DNA from: the human T2T-CHM13v2.0 reference genome, Homo sapiens | DNA: 64,000 nt | Assembly (NCBI RefSeq): GCF_009914755.1 | Contig: NC_060947.1 | Reading direction: 5' to 3' (one strand) | Shown here: piece after piece, positions 1 to 13,810 of the stretch | Position numbering within the stretch: position 1 is the first letter of the stretch | Layout of the letters: every line of letters starts with the position of its first letter | Made by a program: the position numbers and the translations under genes | Notes under the pieces: model-generated | Told to the model about the DNA's origin: nothing | What the model saw: the letters and a program-made list of their open reading frames with translations, nothing else | Database searches by the model: none

Positions 1-630
1 AACACTTATGCACTGTTGGTAGGAGTATAAATTAGTTCAACCATTGTAATTAGCATGGTGACTCCTCAAAAAGCTAAAAAGCAGAACTACCATTCCCCCC
101 AGGAATCTGTTTAGGAGATACATATGCAGAGGGATATAAATAATTCTTCCATAAAAACACATGCACATGAATATTCATTGCAGTACTATTCACAATAGCA
201 AAGATATGGACTCAACCTAAATGCTCATCAATGATAGACTACCTAAAGAAAATGTGGTACATACACACCATGGAATACTATGCAGCCATAAAAACAATGA
301 GACCATGACTTTGGCAGGAACATGGATGGAGTTGGAGGCAATTATCCTTAGAAAACTTACGCAGGAACAGAAAAACCAAATACTGCATCTTCTCACTTGT
401 AAGTGGGAGCTAAATGATGAGAACTCAGGAACACAAAGAAGTGAACAACAGACCTTGGGGCCTACATGAGGGTGGAGGTTGGGAGGAGAGAGAGGATTAG
501 AAAAAAATAACTACTGGGTACTAGGTTTAGTACCTGGGTGATGAAATAATTTGTACAACAAATCCCTGTGACATGAGTTTACCTATATTATAAACCTGCA
601 CATGTACCTTCAAAACTAAAAGTTTAAAAA
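1..630 (+). mobile_element. LINE-1 3' end (L1PA13-16-like), truncated by window start
   Basis: ORF2 C-terminal remnant (..GTWMELEAIILRKLTQEQKNQ..) followed by an L1 3'UTR (GGTACTAGG.TTAGTACCTGGGTGATGAAATAAT) and an A-rich end. Confidence 0.9.
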
Positions 631-1924
631 GTTTAATAATATATTCCTAAACAATGTATTATCTACTTTTGTCTTTTAAAACATTTATAAAAATGAAGAA
701 AAGACTAGAAACATTATCAAATGGGAAGTGTTTAGCACCTCTGAGAAGCAATTTGTTGATCTCACATAAGTTGTTTGAGAATAGGCCTGCATCTGAAAAA
801 TATGACATTTTCTAAGGAGAAAAATAGTTGGAAAGTCAGATAAGTGGAGTATTCACTTCTTTAAGCTACTCTTTGTATCAATATGTAATTCATAAATGAA
901 GCAATGTAGTAAGTTTGTCCCAAATTTGGGGTCTTTGATCTCAGCCGTCTACCAACTGCAGGTTCATCTCTTTCTCCTGCTTTTGGACAAATAAGTGGAG
1001 CTGCAACATCAGACACAAGGAATTCAACATCAAGGCAAATTTGATTCTAGTTTTTTTCAAACTTTTTATCTCAGGTCAGGTAACTGAGTCTCTACCTTGT
1101 CATTGAAACTTTTCTGTACTGATAAGTTACAAAGTCATGAAGAGATGGGGATCCTGCCTTTTTCTTGCTAGTTCTGACCCCAAATGTCATTCCTATAACT
1201 AAGGCCTTATTACCAGCTACCAGACTTTCCTTGGTGCAGCCTGCCATTTTAGATCTCTGAACTGTGTTCCTAAATTGTCCATGGTTCTGCTTTGTACACT
1301 TGTTGAGAGACAATTTTATTTTTCGTTGCCGTCACTGTGTCAACAGCTTATGTATACCATGTGGCTGTTATATTGCCTTGAAACCCGTATCTGTTTTTGG
1401 CCTGGCAGGCTCTATTCCCATAACTTGACACTTAGTTCCCCCAGAATTTGCAGCACCCCAAATGTGTCCTACTTTTGTTAATCCTTTGGCTCCTAATTCT
1501 GTTGCAGGAAAAGACAAAATGTCACGCAGGAGCGTAATAAAAAAGTGCACATTCAGACCATTTGAACTTGTAAGACATAAGAAGGCCCTAGCTTTTTCAC
1601 TGAGAAGATGGTCATAATGTGAAGATAGAGAAAAATCCATAGTATGATAAAGGTAGACAAAAGGAATTTTTCAAGTTTAGAGGTAGAAGAGTAAGATAGT
1701 TACACATATTTCGGTCAGTTGGAACTCAACAGAAAACAATCAGAAATACCTTAAATAAAAAAGGGAGAAGTTGTTTTAAAGAATTACCCCATGGAACTCG
1801 AGTATAAATGCAATTCGTCTTGTGGGAGAGACTTTATTGTCGTCTCTCACATTTGTTTCTATTGACACATCTGCTTCACTCTCTGAAGATAAGTTTTCTT
1901 AGCTTTTAAGGTGATGCAATACAG

Positions 1925-2330
1925 AATATGATCTTTTAAAAACAAACATATACTTGACTATGTAACTCCCTGCTTCAAAACCCTCCAATGGATTCTAACT
2001 GCACTTAGAATGAGATTTAAAGTCCTTAACATATCCTACAAAGCCCTACATTCTCAGATCTCTTCCTACCTCTCCATTCTCATTTTCTACAGTTTTTCCC
2101 TCTCTAACTTTGCAAGTTTGACCAACTATTTTAGGCATTTACATTTTCCTGTTTTGCTTACTCTTTCTGAAATTATGCAGTCTGTGCATGTATCTGTTTG
2201 TAGTCTAGTACCCTCTCTGTTGTAAACTGCACAATAGTTGACACTGCCTTTCCTTTGAACTCTTGTAGCTTCAGTACACAGGATTAGGTGTGGCACATAC
2301 TATGGACTCAGTAAACATTTGCTAAATCAG
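1925..2330 (+). mobile_element. L2 LINE fragments
   Basis: ACTCCCTGCTTCAAAACCCTCCAATGG motif and the L2 3' end (GGCACATACTATGGACTCAGTAAACATTTG). Confidence 0.55.
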
Positions 2331-2419
2331 TTTTGAAAGGGTAGGATGATTGAACGTTGAGAATTAGATATCAGCAGAGTGACCTGGCATTAAGAAGAGA
2401 CAAAACAATTATTGACTCA

Positions 2420-2646
2420 TACTGTTGAATACTTATTCTCTGTTCAGCACTGTTCAAAGAAATTTACTTGTTAACTGAATACTATTAGGTAGATGCTATT
2501 ATGATCCTCATTTTAAATTTGTGGAAGATGTAGCATGAAAATGTTAAGTGGCTTGTTCAAAGTCAGACAGATAGTAAAACGGAAAGCCAGGATTCAGGTA
2601 GTCTGAGTTCACACACAGTGCACTTAATCACTATGCATACTGCCTA
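2420..2646 (-). mobile_element. MIR SINE
   Basis: Antisense MIR core (GTTAAGTGGCTTGTTCAAAGTCA..CTTAATCACTATGCATACTGCCT). Confidence 0.7.
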
Positions 2647-3304
2647 CTTTGATTGCAGAGCAACAAAGTTAGCAAAACAAACTTGATTCCCAAGCAAAAT
2701 CTCCTTTATACATTCTTCAGCCAGAGTTATATTTAAGGCCTGAAGGTGTGAGTCCTAACTTGAATATTGGAATAAGTAAGCATACCCAAGTGTAAATCAA
2801 AGTGGGCGAGAGGTGAGAGCCAAGTTGTTCTCAACACAGATAAATAGGACTCAAAAATGGAATTCATCAGCTTTAGGAATAGTGAGTGAGCTCACTGGAA
2901 AAAAATGTGAAGGTAGATTTCATTTCACTGTCTCTAACTGGTGGTCTTTCAGAATGAAGTAGACAGTGCTGAGACTTTAAGAAACACTTTAGTGGGCCAC
3001 ATTCAACCACTTCTTCATAATTTGTCTCAAATTAGGGCAATGATAAATTCCCATGCATTTATATTCATCTCATCTGTGGAATGTTATTTTTTTCGTGTAA
3101 AGCAAAATAGGTGTTCTAAAAGAACTACTGTAGTGTAAATGCTGACATTACTCTGCTATCCAAAAAATCTCAGACCAAAAATAGTAATGGTTCTTCCCTT
3201 AAAGGCAGGTGAAATGGATACAGAATCATCCATTAAGAGGAAATTAAAATGAAAATCTTGAGATTTACTATGAAACGTTGATTTTTTTTTCAGCATGTGT
3301 TATT

Positions 3305-3323
3305 TGCCACAAGATGGCAGCTA
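3305..3323 (+). promoter_or_regulatory. Candidate CTCF-binding motif in unique sequence
   Basis: TGCCACAAGATGGCAGC resembles the CTCF core CCASYAGRKGGCRS; motif match only. Confidence 0.5.
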
Positions 3324-3735
3324 AACAATTTTCATTTCAGTATGGCAAAGTTAGGTAGGAGATTTTGTGTAGAAATCTTTTTTTCTTTTATGAAGCACAA
3401 ATCAAAACTCAAAATTTGCTTCTAACAATATACAAATTTATAAAGATCATAGGACATAGGACTTTGCCATCAAGTATATAGACTGCCAATATTTTTCGGA
3501 GTTTATAGAACCTTAAAGTTATTGGGAAGATGGTATTGATTGTTAGCCAAAAAAACCCTCCTGGATAACAATCATGAAAGTAGGATTAAACAATTAAAAC
3601 ACAAATTATTTAAAGATGTGCCAGTGTCTTGGGGAGCATAGAAATGGGCAGTTTGGATGAGAGAACCAGGCTTCATTACAGCTGATTGATCATTCCAGCG
3701 ATGTCACTCAATCTGGTTGTTGAATCAATGGTTCA

Positions 3736-4107
<372 letters not shown>

Positions 4108-4284
4108 TCAGGCATTGGTCCTTTAAGCTCACCTCTGCCTGGACCTATCTTTTAGTCTGTATTTTTGTATGTTCATTTAAAAAAATTAGATTAAAAGCTG
4201 TAAGACTTGTGTTTCACTTTTTTGATAAACCTGTAGTTCAGTTAGCACAGTGCTCAGCTACAGAATGGTCATAGTAGCATGGAC

Positions 4285-4480
4285 AATATAGTATAGTAGT
4301 TAAGAGTATAGACACTGGAGCCATATTGCATTGAGTTATAGCTCATCTCTGTGTTGCCTTATGTAAGCCATGTAACCCTTGGAGTCTTAATTTCCTCAAA
4401 TGTAAAATGGTTAACAGTTAAAATAAGCAAAACATTTAATGTGGTACCTGGTGCAAAGTAAGTTCTTTATTAGTAATTGA
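4285..4480 (+). mobile_element. MIR SINE
   Basis: AGTATAGTAGTTAAGAGTATAGACACTGGAGCCA and TTTCCTCAAATGTAAAATGG core. Confidence 0.7.
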
Positions 4481-4738
4481 TATCAATGATTCATGTATTG
4501 GAGGGGCCTCTAATATGAGGCGCCTGGGCTAACCCTTTGTAGAGTGAGTTAACCGGGTATTGGGAAATCAACCGCTCTCTACTAGTAAGTCCTCTCTCCA
4601 CAATCTTGATGAATGATGTTTCCTGAAGAGGGAGAAAAACATTAGTCATAAGTACCTAAAAGTCCCACAGCCAGTTTTATAAGGAGGAATTTCTTCTCTC
4701 ATACTTCCTGGAAGGAAGTTTTCTCAATACTGAGATTT

Positions 4739-6870
4739 TTTTCTTTTTTTCTTCTTGTTTTTTTTAAACTTTTATTTTAGGTTTGGGGGTATATGTGAAG
4801 GTTTGTTACATAGGTAAACTCATGTCACAGTGGTTTGTTGTGCAGATTATTCATCACCCAGGAATTTAGCCCAGTACCCAACAGTTATATTTCTTCTCAT
4901 CTCCCTCCTCCCAGCCTCCACTCTCAAGTAGGCCCCAGTATCTGTTGTTCCCTTCTTTGTGTTCATGAGTTCTCATCGTTTAGTCCCCACTTATAAGTGA
5001 GAACATGCAGTATTTGGTTTTCTATTCCTGCATTAGTTTGCTAAGGATAACAGCCTCCAGCTCCATCCATGTTCCCACAAAAGACAAGATCTCATTCTTT
5101 TTTATGGCTGCACAGGACTCCATGGTGTCTATGTACCACATTTTCTTTATCCAGTCTGTAACTGATGGGAATTTAGGTTGATTCCATGTGTTTGCTATTG
5201 TGAATAGTGCTGCAATGAACATTTGTGTGCATGTGTCTTTATGGTAGAATGATTTATATTACTCTGGCTAGGTACTCAGTAAAGGGATTGCTGGGAGGAA
5301 TGGGAGTTCTGCTCTTAGCTCTTTGAGGTATTGCCATACTGCTTTCCATAATGGTTGAACTAATTTATACTCACACCAACAGTGTATAAGTGTTCCCTTT
5401 TCTCCACAACCTTGCCAGCATCTGTTATTTTTGACTTTTTAGTAATAGCCATTCTGATTGTCATGAGATGGTATCTCATTGCGGTTTTGACTTGCAGTTC
5501 TATAATGGTCAGTGATACTGAGGGTTTTTTTATATGCTTGTTGGCCACATGAATGTCTTCTTTTGAAAAGTGTCTGTTTCATGTTTTTTGCCCACTTTTT
5601 AATGGGGCTGTTTGTTTTTCTCTTGGACATTTGTTTAAGTTCTTTGTAGATGCTGGGTATTAGACCTTTGTCATTTGGAGAGTTTGCAAATATTTTCTCT
5701 GATTCTGTAGGTTATCTGTTTACTCTGTTGAGAGTTTCTTTTGCTGTGCAAAAGCTCTTAAGTTTAATTAGATTTCATCTGTCGATGTTTGCTTTTGTTG
5801 CAATTGCTTTTGGTGTCTTTTTAATAAAATCTTTTCCAGTTCCTATGTTCAGGATGGTATTGCCTAGGCTGTCTGCCAGGGTTTTTATAGTTTTGGGTTT
5901 TACATTTAAGTCTTTAATCCATCTTAAGTTGATTTTTGTATATGGCCTAAGGAAGGGGTCCAGTCTCAATCATCTGCATATGACTAGCTAATTATCCCAG
6001 CACCATTTATTGCATAGTGATTTTTTTTTTTCCCGTTGCTTTTGTCAGCTTTGTTGAAGATCAGATGGTTGTAGGTGTGCATCCTTATTCCTGGACTCTC
6101 TTTTCTGTTCCATCGATCCTTGTGCCTGTTTTTGTATCAGGACCATACTGTTTTGGTTACTGTAGCCCTATAGTATAGTTTGAAGTTGGGTAACATGATG
6201 CTTCCAGCTTTATTCCTTTTGCTTAGGATTTCCTTGGCTTTTGAACTCTTTTTTGGTTCTGTATGGATTTCAAAATAGTTTTTTCTTATACTATGAAGAA
6301 TGTTATTGGTAGTTTGACAGGAATAGCATTGAATTTGTAAATTGCTTTGGACAGTATGACCATTTTAATAATATTGACTCTTCCTATCCATGAGCATAGG
6401 ATGATTTTCCATTTGTTTGTGGCTTCTTTGATTTCTTTGAGCAGCGTTTTGTAATTCTCATTGTAGAGATCTTTCGCCTCCCTGGTTAGCTGTATTCCTA
6501 TTTTATACTTTTTGTGGCAATTCTGAGTGGGATTGCTTTTCTTATTTGGCTCTCAGCTTCGCTGTTTGGTGTATAGAAATGCTAGTTGTTTTTGTACATA
6601 GATTTTGTATTCTGAAACTTTGCTGAAGTCGTTTATTATCTGAAGGAACTTTGGGGCCAAAACTGTGGGGTTTTCTAGGTATAGAATCATGTTATCTAAA
6701 AATAGAGCTAGTTTGACTTCTTCTCTTCATATTTGAATGCCCTTTATTTCTCTCTCTTGCCTGATTGCTCTGGCTGGGACTTCCAATACTATGCTGAATA
6801 GATGTGGTGAAAGAGGGCATCCTTGTCTTGTGATGGTTTTCAAAGGGAGTGCTTCCAGCTTTTCTCCATT
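4739..6870 (-). mobile_element. 5'-truncated LINE-1 (L1PA13-16-like), ~2.1 kb
   Basis: Poly-T tail, antisense ORF2 fragments ([21 protein letters not shown]; MFIAALFTIANTWNQPK), degenerate TSD ATACTGAGATTT (4727)/ATATTGGGATTT (6873). Confidence 0.93.
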
Positions 6871-7074
6871 ACATATTGGGATTTATTAAGTTGGTGTACT
6901 ACCTCCTGTTGATATGGAGAGCCCTGTTCTCTAAAGGTGAAGTCTGTTATTCTGTGATGTAAGCAGCTCTCTTGAATGCAAGTCCAGTATTGTCTCCTGG
7001 ACTGTGTCTTGTCCCAGCCATATGATAGGTTGTGTGGGAGAGGGAGGGGGAGTGGTGGTAATAAAAGTTATTAG

Positions 7075-7290
7075 TATTCATTGAAATTTACTGTGTGTTA
7101 AGCCCTGTGGTAGGTGCTTTCATATACAGTATCACATGTAATTATCACAATTACTAGTCAACTTTTATAGGTAAGGAATCTGAGAATGAAAAGGTGAGTA
7201 ACTTTTTCAAGTATATATGACTATTGTTTTATGCATCATACAATCATGGTTATTGTGTGATGTTGGAACCAGGATTTCAGTTCAGATCTT
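7075..7290 (-). mobile_element. MIR SINE
   Basis: TTTACTGTGTGTTAAGCCCTGTGGTAGGTGCTTT...TTTTATAGGTAAGGAATCTGAG antisense core. Confidence 0.6.
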
Positions 7291-7854
7291 CAGATGGGCA
7301 TATGTAATTCTTTCTAAATACCTTATATATTACCATAAGAAAGATCAGGGCTTCCATCCTGTTCTAGTCAATGATGCCAGCAATTCTGACATTACTTAAA
7401 AACAATGTGACAGTTCAGGGAATGCCTCTGAGAGGCTAATCTTATCAGTTCAACTCTGTTATGAATTTTTATCTGCCCCGACCCTTGCTGCTACAAGTAT
7501 ATACACAGGAACAAGATTTTTGTAACTGTTTTCACGTGTCCACTCTTCTTAATCTCTTGCTTATGGAGGTGTTTTACTGGCCTTTATTGCCACACAACTA
7601 TTACTCTTTCTAGGGCTCTTGACTAGCTCACTCTACGCTGGTGGCTGATTTTGCATATGGGTTTACTTTGAATTATCTCAATGCCTTTCCTCCATCCTTG
7701 TGCTCTTTTAGTTCTGCTTGCAAGAAAGCAGATAATTTTTCCTCAATGGACTGCACACTTGTCAACCCATGGAGAGTTTGAAGCTTCCTTCTCATTGCTC
7801 TCACTATATTTTTTCATGCTTCTATTTGAGTGTTTAGATATATGAGCAAATTTT

Positions 7855-7968
7855 AGCATTGCCAGACTTAGTAAATATTGTATGAGATGCACTTTTACTA
7901 AAATATTATTTGTTGTTCATCTGAAATTCAAATTTAATTGGGCATCTTGAATTTTTTCTAGCACTTCC
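7855..7968. mobile_element. MER53 hAT MITE, internally deleted
   Basis: Left TIR-like TTGCCAGACTTAGTAAATA joined to the right half TTATTTGTTGTTCATCTGAAATTCAAATTTAATTGGGCATCTTG. Confidence 0.7.
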
Positions 7969-8720
7969 TCTCTCACTTCCTGCCAATGTAATCTCATTCT
8001 CACGTACACATACGGAGGAAGAGGGCATCCTCAGTGCCTACCACAGTGCACACATACTATAGGTGCTCAAATGTTGAAAGGAAATAGTTTCTAGGGGATG
8101 TTAATTAGTTCAATTGATTCCATGCTATAGGTATTAGTGTTCATTACCTAAAGAACTGGTAGATGAGAAACAGATAATCTCCATCAATCACTGTAAATTA
8201 TGCCTAAAAGAATGAAACAATTGTTAAGTAGAAAATTAATTTGGTAAATACCAGATAAATTATTCTTCTAGTGTAGGTATGGAGAACATAAATCTTGTTA
8301 AGTTGGTTAGTTTCTACTTTCATCTCTATAGTTTGCTCTCAAAGAAGTGGGTCTATCCAAGTTTCTATTCCTCCTTCTCAAATGAGGTAATCCACATGCA
8401 ACAGATTTACCTCAGTTATCAACTCATGTTGGTGTTTGTTTTGATTGGAATTCTCCTGTTAATGTCACCAATCTGCACTCTGCACCACCCCCTCTTTCCA
8501 CCCCTACTGTTATTATATCATGATGGATCTAGCCTAACTGAAATGTGATGAAAAATTTCTAAGAGGGTTTGTTTATTGTTTTTGTCTATGAATCATCAGC
8601 TATAGTAAAAAAATTGTGTTAATGAAAAAAATGTACATCTTTGTATGTATCTAAATGCTTCTAAAAATATCCCCTTTTTCTGAAATGTGGTGGCTAGTGT
8701 TGGAATTATTTCCAAAATAG

Positions 8721-9074
<354 letters not shown>

Positions 9075-10840
9075 TTACCTTCACTGTTACAGCTACCCTC
9101 AAGGGGAACTTAAGCTGATAATCATGATATCAATTTATACTTTAATTGGTGGAAAACATCTGTTGAGCTTCACTAGATTTTAAAAAAATAGCTAAATGTA
9201 TGCAGCATTTACAGTCTTAATACTCTCAACAAAACACAAAATTTCAATTTTTAAACGTACTACTAATAAAAGTCCCCTACACAACTTGGAAGCAACAATT
9301 ATAACATGCTGTACCTCTGATTTGTACAAGTCATTTATTACCAATAATTTTTACCTTGCTGAAGGTTGTAAATAGTTAACTTAAAATATAATTTTGTTTA
9401 CACTGTTGCTTCTACCACTTGCAATCATTTAATTTTTTTTTTGAGAGAGATTGCAAAAGGAAGGTGTCATTCGTGTGAATATTTCACCTATTGGCTCCTC
9501 ATCTGGCATGCAGGTAGGCTTTTTGGACCTTTTGTCCAGGTCTTGCACAGATGTCAAGAGTGTGCAAGGCATTAGGAAAGGAGAAATGGAGAGTGGGAGC
9601 AAAAGCAGGAGTCTAGATGGACTCTTGCCTATGTCATTGTGAAAATATTTCTTTCTTCTGGGTGATAGTTCCCCTCAGATTTTATTTTTATCTTTTGGGC
9701 CTTTCTTGGATCCATGCTTTCCAGGTAAATAAGCCAAAAAACCTCTAATTACTTATCAGTCACCTTGAAACTACATTCAGTCACAGTATAAGCACAGCAG
9801 AAAGAGTAAAAGATGGCAACTGAATGGAAGGTGCCAGAACCAAACTTGGGCATGGCATGCCTCTGCAAAGTTTGTGGTTTGTGTGCCTGGTAACTACTTC
9901 CTCCTCCAGCATGGCTCTCTGTGTGTGCATGTGTATGTGCATATGTTTGTGTATATGTGTGGAGAGGAGATGTCCAAACGGAGAATCAGTATTACTTGCT
10001 TCAGAATTACCTGCTTCCCTTCTTTGTAATTACAGAAATAGCTGGAAGTACAACTTGACAGATTCTAGAAGGAACAAAACTACCTTACTTTTTGCAGGGG
10101 CAGTGTTTTCACAAAGAACCATAAATGATCCTTGTAACAGTACTATTTGAACAGAGCAGGGGAATCTCTATTATGATAAGCCAAGGCTCAGAGGAATAAA
10201 AATATTTCTCAAAGCCATGTATCTCATAGAACATGCCTGCTCAGTATCTTTTTGCATCCAAGTCAGTAGTGGAACAAATGGCCATTCTTCTGCCACTGCT
10301 GTTTTGTTCCTCCTCCGATCCCTCTCTGTCTTTTCCTGAATTTACTGAGTGAACCTATAACTTACTTTGCTTATGTTGGCAGGAAGTCAGGCCTGAGGTA
10401 ATAGCTGACAATAAAGTCTTTTTGTACTCACAGATATTTTGCTTATTGTATTAGTGAGGCACCTTTCTAGACTTGTCCTATGTGGAAGTGGAGTATCTTT
10501 TGAAATAAGGGATTTGTCCACCTTTCCCCTTCTCTATCTCATTGTAGCAAGGAATAGCAATAGAGACAGTTCACCTTCTCAAGGCCACCATGTATTGCTA
10601 ACTTCTTGACCACTGACATTGAGATTTTCCTTACCTTGTCTAATCTTGCAGTGTGAGTCATATAAAAGCAGAAGCTGTGGCAGGTGCTCACAGATGAGCC
10701 GGCACTTGCATGCAGATGGTATATTTCCTTACATCTAGAATGGCAGGCTGCCTGGGACTCCTTGGCTGGTGCTCCATTAACCTTCATGCAACTTACATTA
10801 CTCCCACCTGATCACCTCACAAAGTGGTCAAGAAAGCCCT

Positions 10841-10883
10841 GTTTTGTTTTGTTTTGTTTTGTTTGAGTTTGGTTTGGTTTGTT
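10841..10883. repeat. (GTTTT)n microsatellite
   Basis: Directly visible. Confidence 0.9.
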
Positions 10884-12494
10884 TCTTTTCCTTCTTCTGT
10901 TTAGAGCATCTCTGTATGTCTGAAATGCTGAAGCCACCTCTGTGCTCTTCAGTTTTCCTTGTAGACATGATTATTTAATATTTTATACAGATTCAATGCC
11001 CCTATTAAAATATTATCTTCAACTTCTATCTTATTCCATCCAGTCTATTGTAGCACATTACATATGTATACTTAGTTTAATTTTAATTTATGTTTAGATC
11101 TTGTTTTCTCAAGATGGATATAGCAATTTTACAGTGCACAGGAAAGAGTGTCCATCACCAGAAGGGGTCAAGGTGGGAGTGGGGAGACACTAAAGATGAT
11201 GAGTTAGTAGAAAGCCTAATGGATGGAGTGCCTCTGCCTGGCTTTCATTTATATACATTTAGAGTCTATAAAATGCTGTCCTTCCGAGGAGATCGATTTG
11301 AACTCTATTTTTCCTGTTAACGTATTGCATAGAAAGCTTGATGTAAGTGTCTCCTTTTCTCTATTTGTACTAAGAAATTCATTCTGTCTTAAATATGTGT
11401 AGAAAGCTTGGTAAGATAGGCCCACTTCCAGTTCCATGCTAATATCCGGGCTAATAGGTTTTTATCCTAGGATTCTGGGACTGCCTCTCTTCACTTTGAA
11501 ATAGAGCCATCCTGATGCAGCCAGAAAAAATAACACTGACAGGTGAGTATGTACTCAGGTGATCCTCGGCTAGACTATCAATCCCCCTAGAAATTAGTCA
11601 GACCCCTATTCCTCTGGACAAAGGGAGATCAAACTGGGATTACTCAGAATCTCTGAATAATATGACAACAAAATGACTCAATGAGAGCATTTTCGGTTTT
11701 GGAACAAACTTCTGGGAAGCTGAAAGTTGGTTTCGCTTTTGGGCACTAAAGCTGAGTGGAAAAGTGAAGGCTCACATCCTTGTATTTGTGAGCCTAGGAA
11801 GTCATTTACTGCAGTGTAATTTGTTGGCTGCAGTAAAATATTGATGGTGGCAGTATGCTACCTTTCTCTTTTAATTGGCAGAGAAAAGCATTATGGAACA
11901 ATTAAATATTACCGAGCCAGTTTAGAACTTGCTGAGCAGGAATTGCCCAAAAGAGTGGAGAAGAAAGAAGACAATGTTTCACTGAATTCATTCTCTGCTA
12001 TGTTACCGTAAGTCCTAGTGGGCAATATCAGTGTAGTGGTATGAAAATAGATTTTTCAGGTTGGGCGTATGCTACTTGGAGATACAGTGAGACCCCTCTA
12101 ATTTAAGAAAAAGTCAGCATTCATTAAAGGCAATTGTAGACTCAAGCATTCTTTTATGGCAAACAAAAAAACGAAAAAAACTTGTCTCACTGCCAAAAGA
12201 GTTGTTAAATAAATACACCTGCCCTGCTGGAGAATGAAGCAAATCTAGATGGGTTGCCAGGCTTCTGAATAATCTATCACATGATAGAGCTGAGAGTGCC
12301 ATGTCTACACTGACAGCCCAGTTAACTAAATCTTTTGTTTTGCATGTAACAAGTTCAGTTGGTAGTATCTTAGCCCAAAGGTTTGGTTTAAAAAATGAAC
12401 TGCACTTCACTGAATCACGTTTAAGAAATGTAATAACTCTTCCACTTATTGTAATTACAACAATCCTTTTTTGGTGGGAGCTATTAAAAGACAG

Positions 12495-12540
12495 TTTTTA
12501 ACTTTTGCTATAAGTTCAGGGGTACATGTGCAGGTCTGCT
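12495..12540 (-). mobile_element. Very short LINE-1 3'-terminal fragment
   Basis: TTTTAACTTTT..TAAGTTCAGGGGTACATGTGCAGGT matches an antisense L1PA/PB 3' end. Confidence 0.6.
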
Positions 12541-12764
12541 TGACTTTCAGTAGGAAAACACTCCTGTTGAAAGAAACACAGAATTTTGCCCACTTCAAAT
12601 ATGAATAAAAGTGGGACTGCAGTTGGATGGTGGTGAAGGGAGGTTTCACTGTTTGAAATACTTCATTCATGTTTAAATTTCTGCAGTGAGAAAACACTAT
12701 ATTCAAAGTTTATCTAAATAAACAAATGTAGATATAGATGTAGAGAAAATGACACTGAGTCAAT

Positions 12765-12995
12765 AAATATAGTGGTTAGCAGCATGGAATTTGAAATATG
12801 CCAGATCTTAGTTCATATTTCACCTCTACTATTTATTAATTATATGGCCTTGGCCAAGTTACCTAACCTCTTTCATAAAATGAAGATAATAATACCTATT
12901 GTGAAGGACTGCTGAGAGATTGTGGTAATGTATGTGAAGTGATTAGCATAGTGCCTAGCACAGAAAGATATCTGATTAATGTTGCCTATTATTTG
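12765..12995 (+). mobile_element. MIR SINE
   Basis: ATAGTGGTTAGCAGCATGG..CCTTGGCCAAGTTACCTAACCTCT..AGCATAGTGCCTAGCACAG. Confidence 0.75.
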
Positions 12996-13666
12996 TATTA
13001 CTATTACTTGTAGAGTGCTTTATACTTTCTGAGTTCTTTCAAATGTTATTTTATTTAAAAGTCCTAATTATCCTGAAAAAAAGCCAAAACCAAAGGGAGA
13101 GTTTTCAAGAATGCTGGTACTTTTTCCTAATAGAATGGTTATTGATGTGGATATGCACTCCCATTCAGATGACTCTCCTTTCAGTTTTCTCCAGTGAGAT
13201 TTTAATATTTATGTTCAATAATTATTAAGTTGCAACATATCATTCTGAAAATGGCAACCACTGAGACTGTCATTATCCAGAATACAGGGATGATACAAAA
13301 ACTACCCTTGAAGTGTTTTAATAATTAGAATCAATAAGTTTTAGACATCTATGGAAAGAAAGCTCAAATTCAGCCTCACTAGTAGATACTTAAAGGCTAT
13401 TGTGAGGAAGCAGGTATAAGGATCAATTTAAATGGCATCCACAGCAAGATATATTGACCTAGACCCAAAAAGTCTAGTAAAAACAATGTTCTGATAAGAT
13501 TAAATAAAGTAAACTATAAGAAAGGCAGTGGCTATCTTTCTATTCTTGCCTTTTATAGATCTAGGTTTTATACATTTACCCTTTTTCACTTTTTGCCTTC
13601 AAGATGACTTCCTTCTACCGTAGCCTTTTTAGAGATTTCACTTGTTGCAAAGAAATTGGATTAGAC

Positions 13667-13810
13667 TGGTGGTTCTGTAAGCATCACAGGGAGGGCTTAT
13701 TAAAACACAGATTTCTGGGCCTTAGCCCTAGATTTTCTGATTCATTAGGGGACAACTAACAAGTTTCCAGGTGATGTAAGCGTTGCTTGTTCAGGGACTT
13801 ACAGAACCCC
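13667..13810. mobile_element. MER5A hAT-Charlie fossil
   Basis: GGAGGGCTTATTAAAACACAGATTTCTGGGCC..TTCTGATTCA..CTAACAAGTTTCCAGGTGATG. Confidence 0.7.

Noticed and set aside
9824-10150. 108-aa ORF in unique sequence
   Set aside because: It runs through a degenerate (TG)n tract, has no recognisable domain, and its length is within chance.
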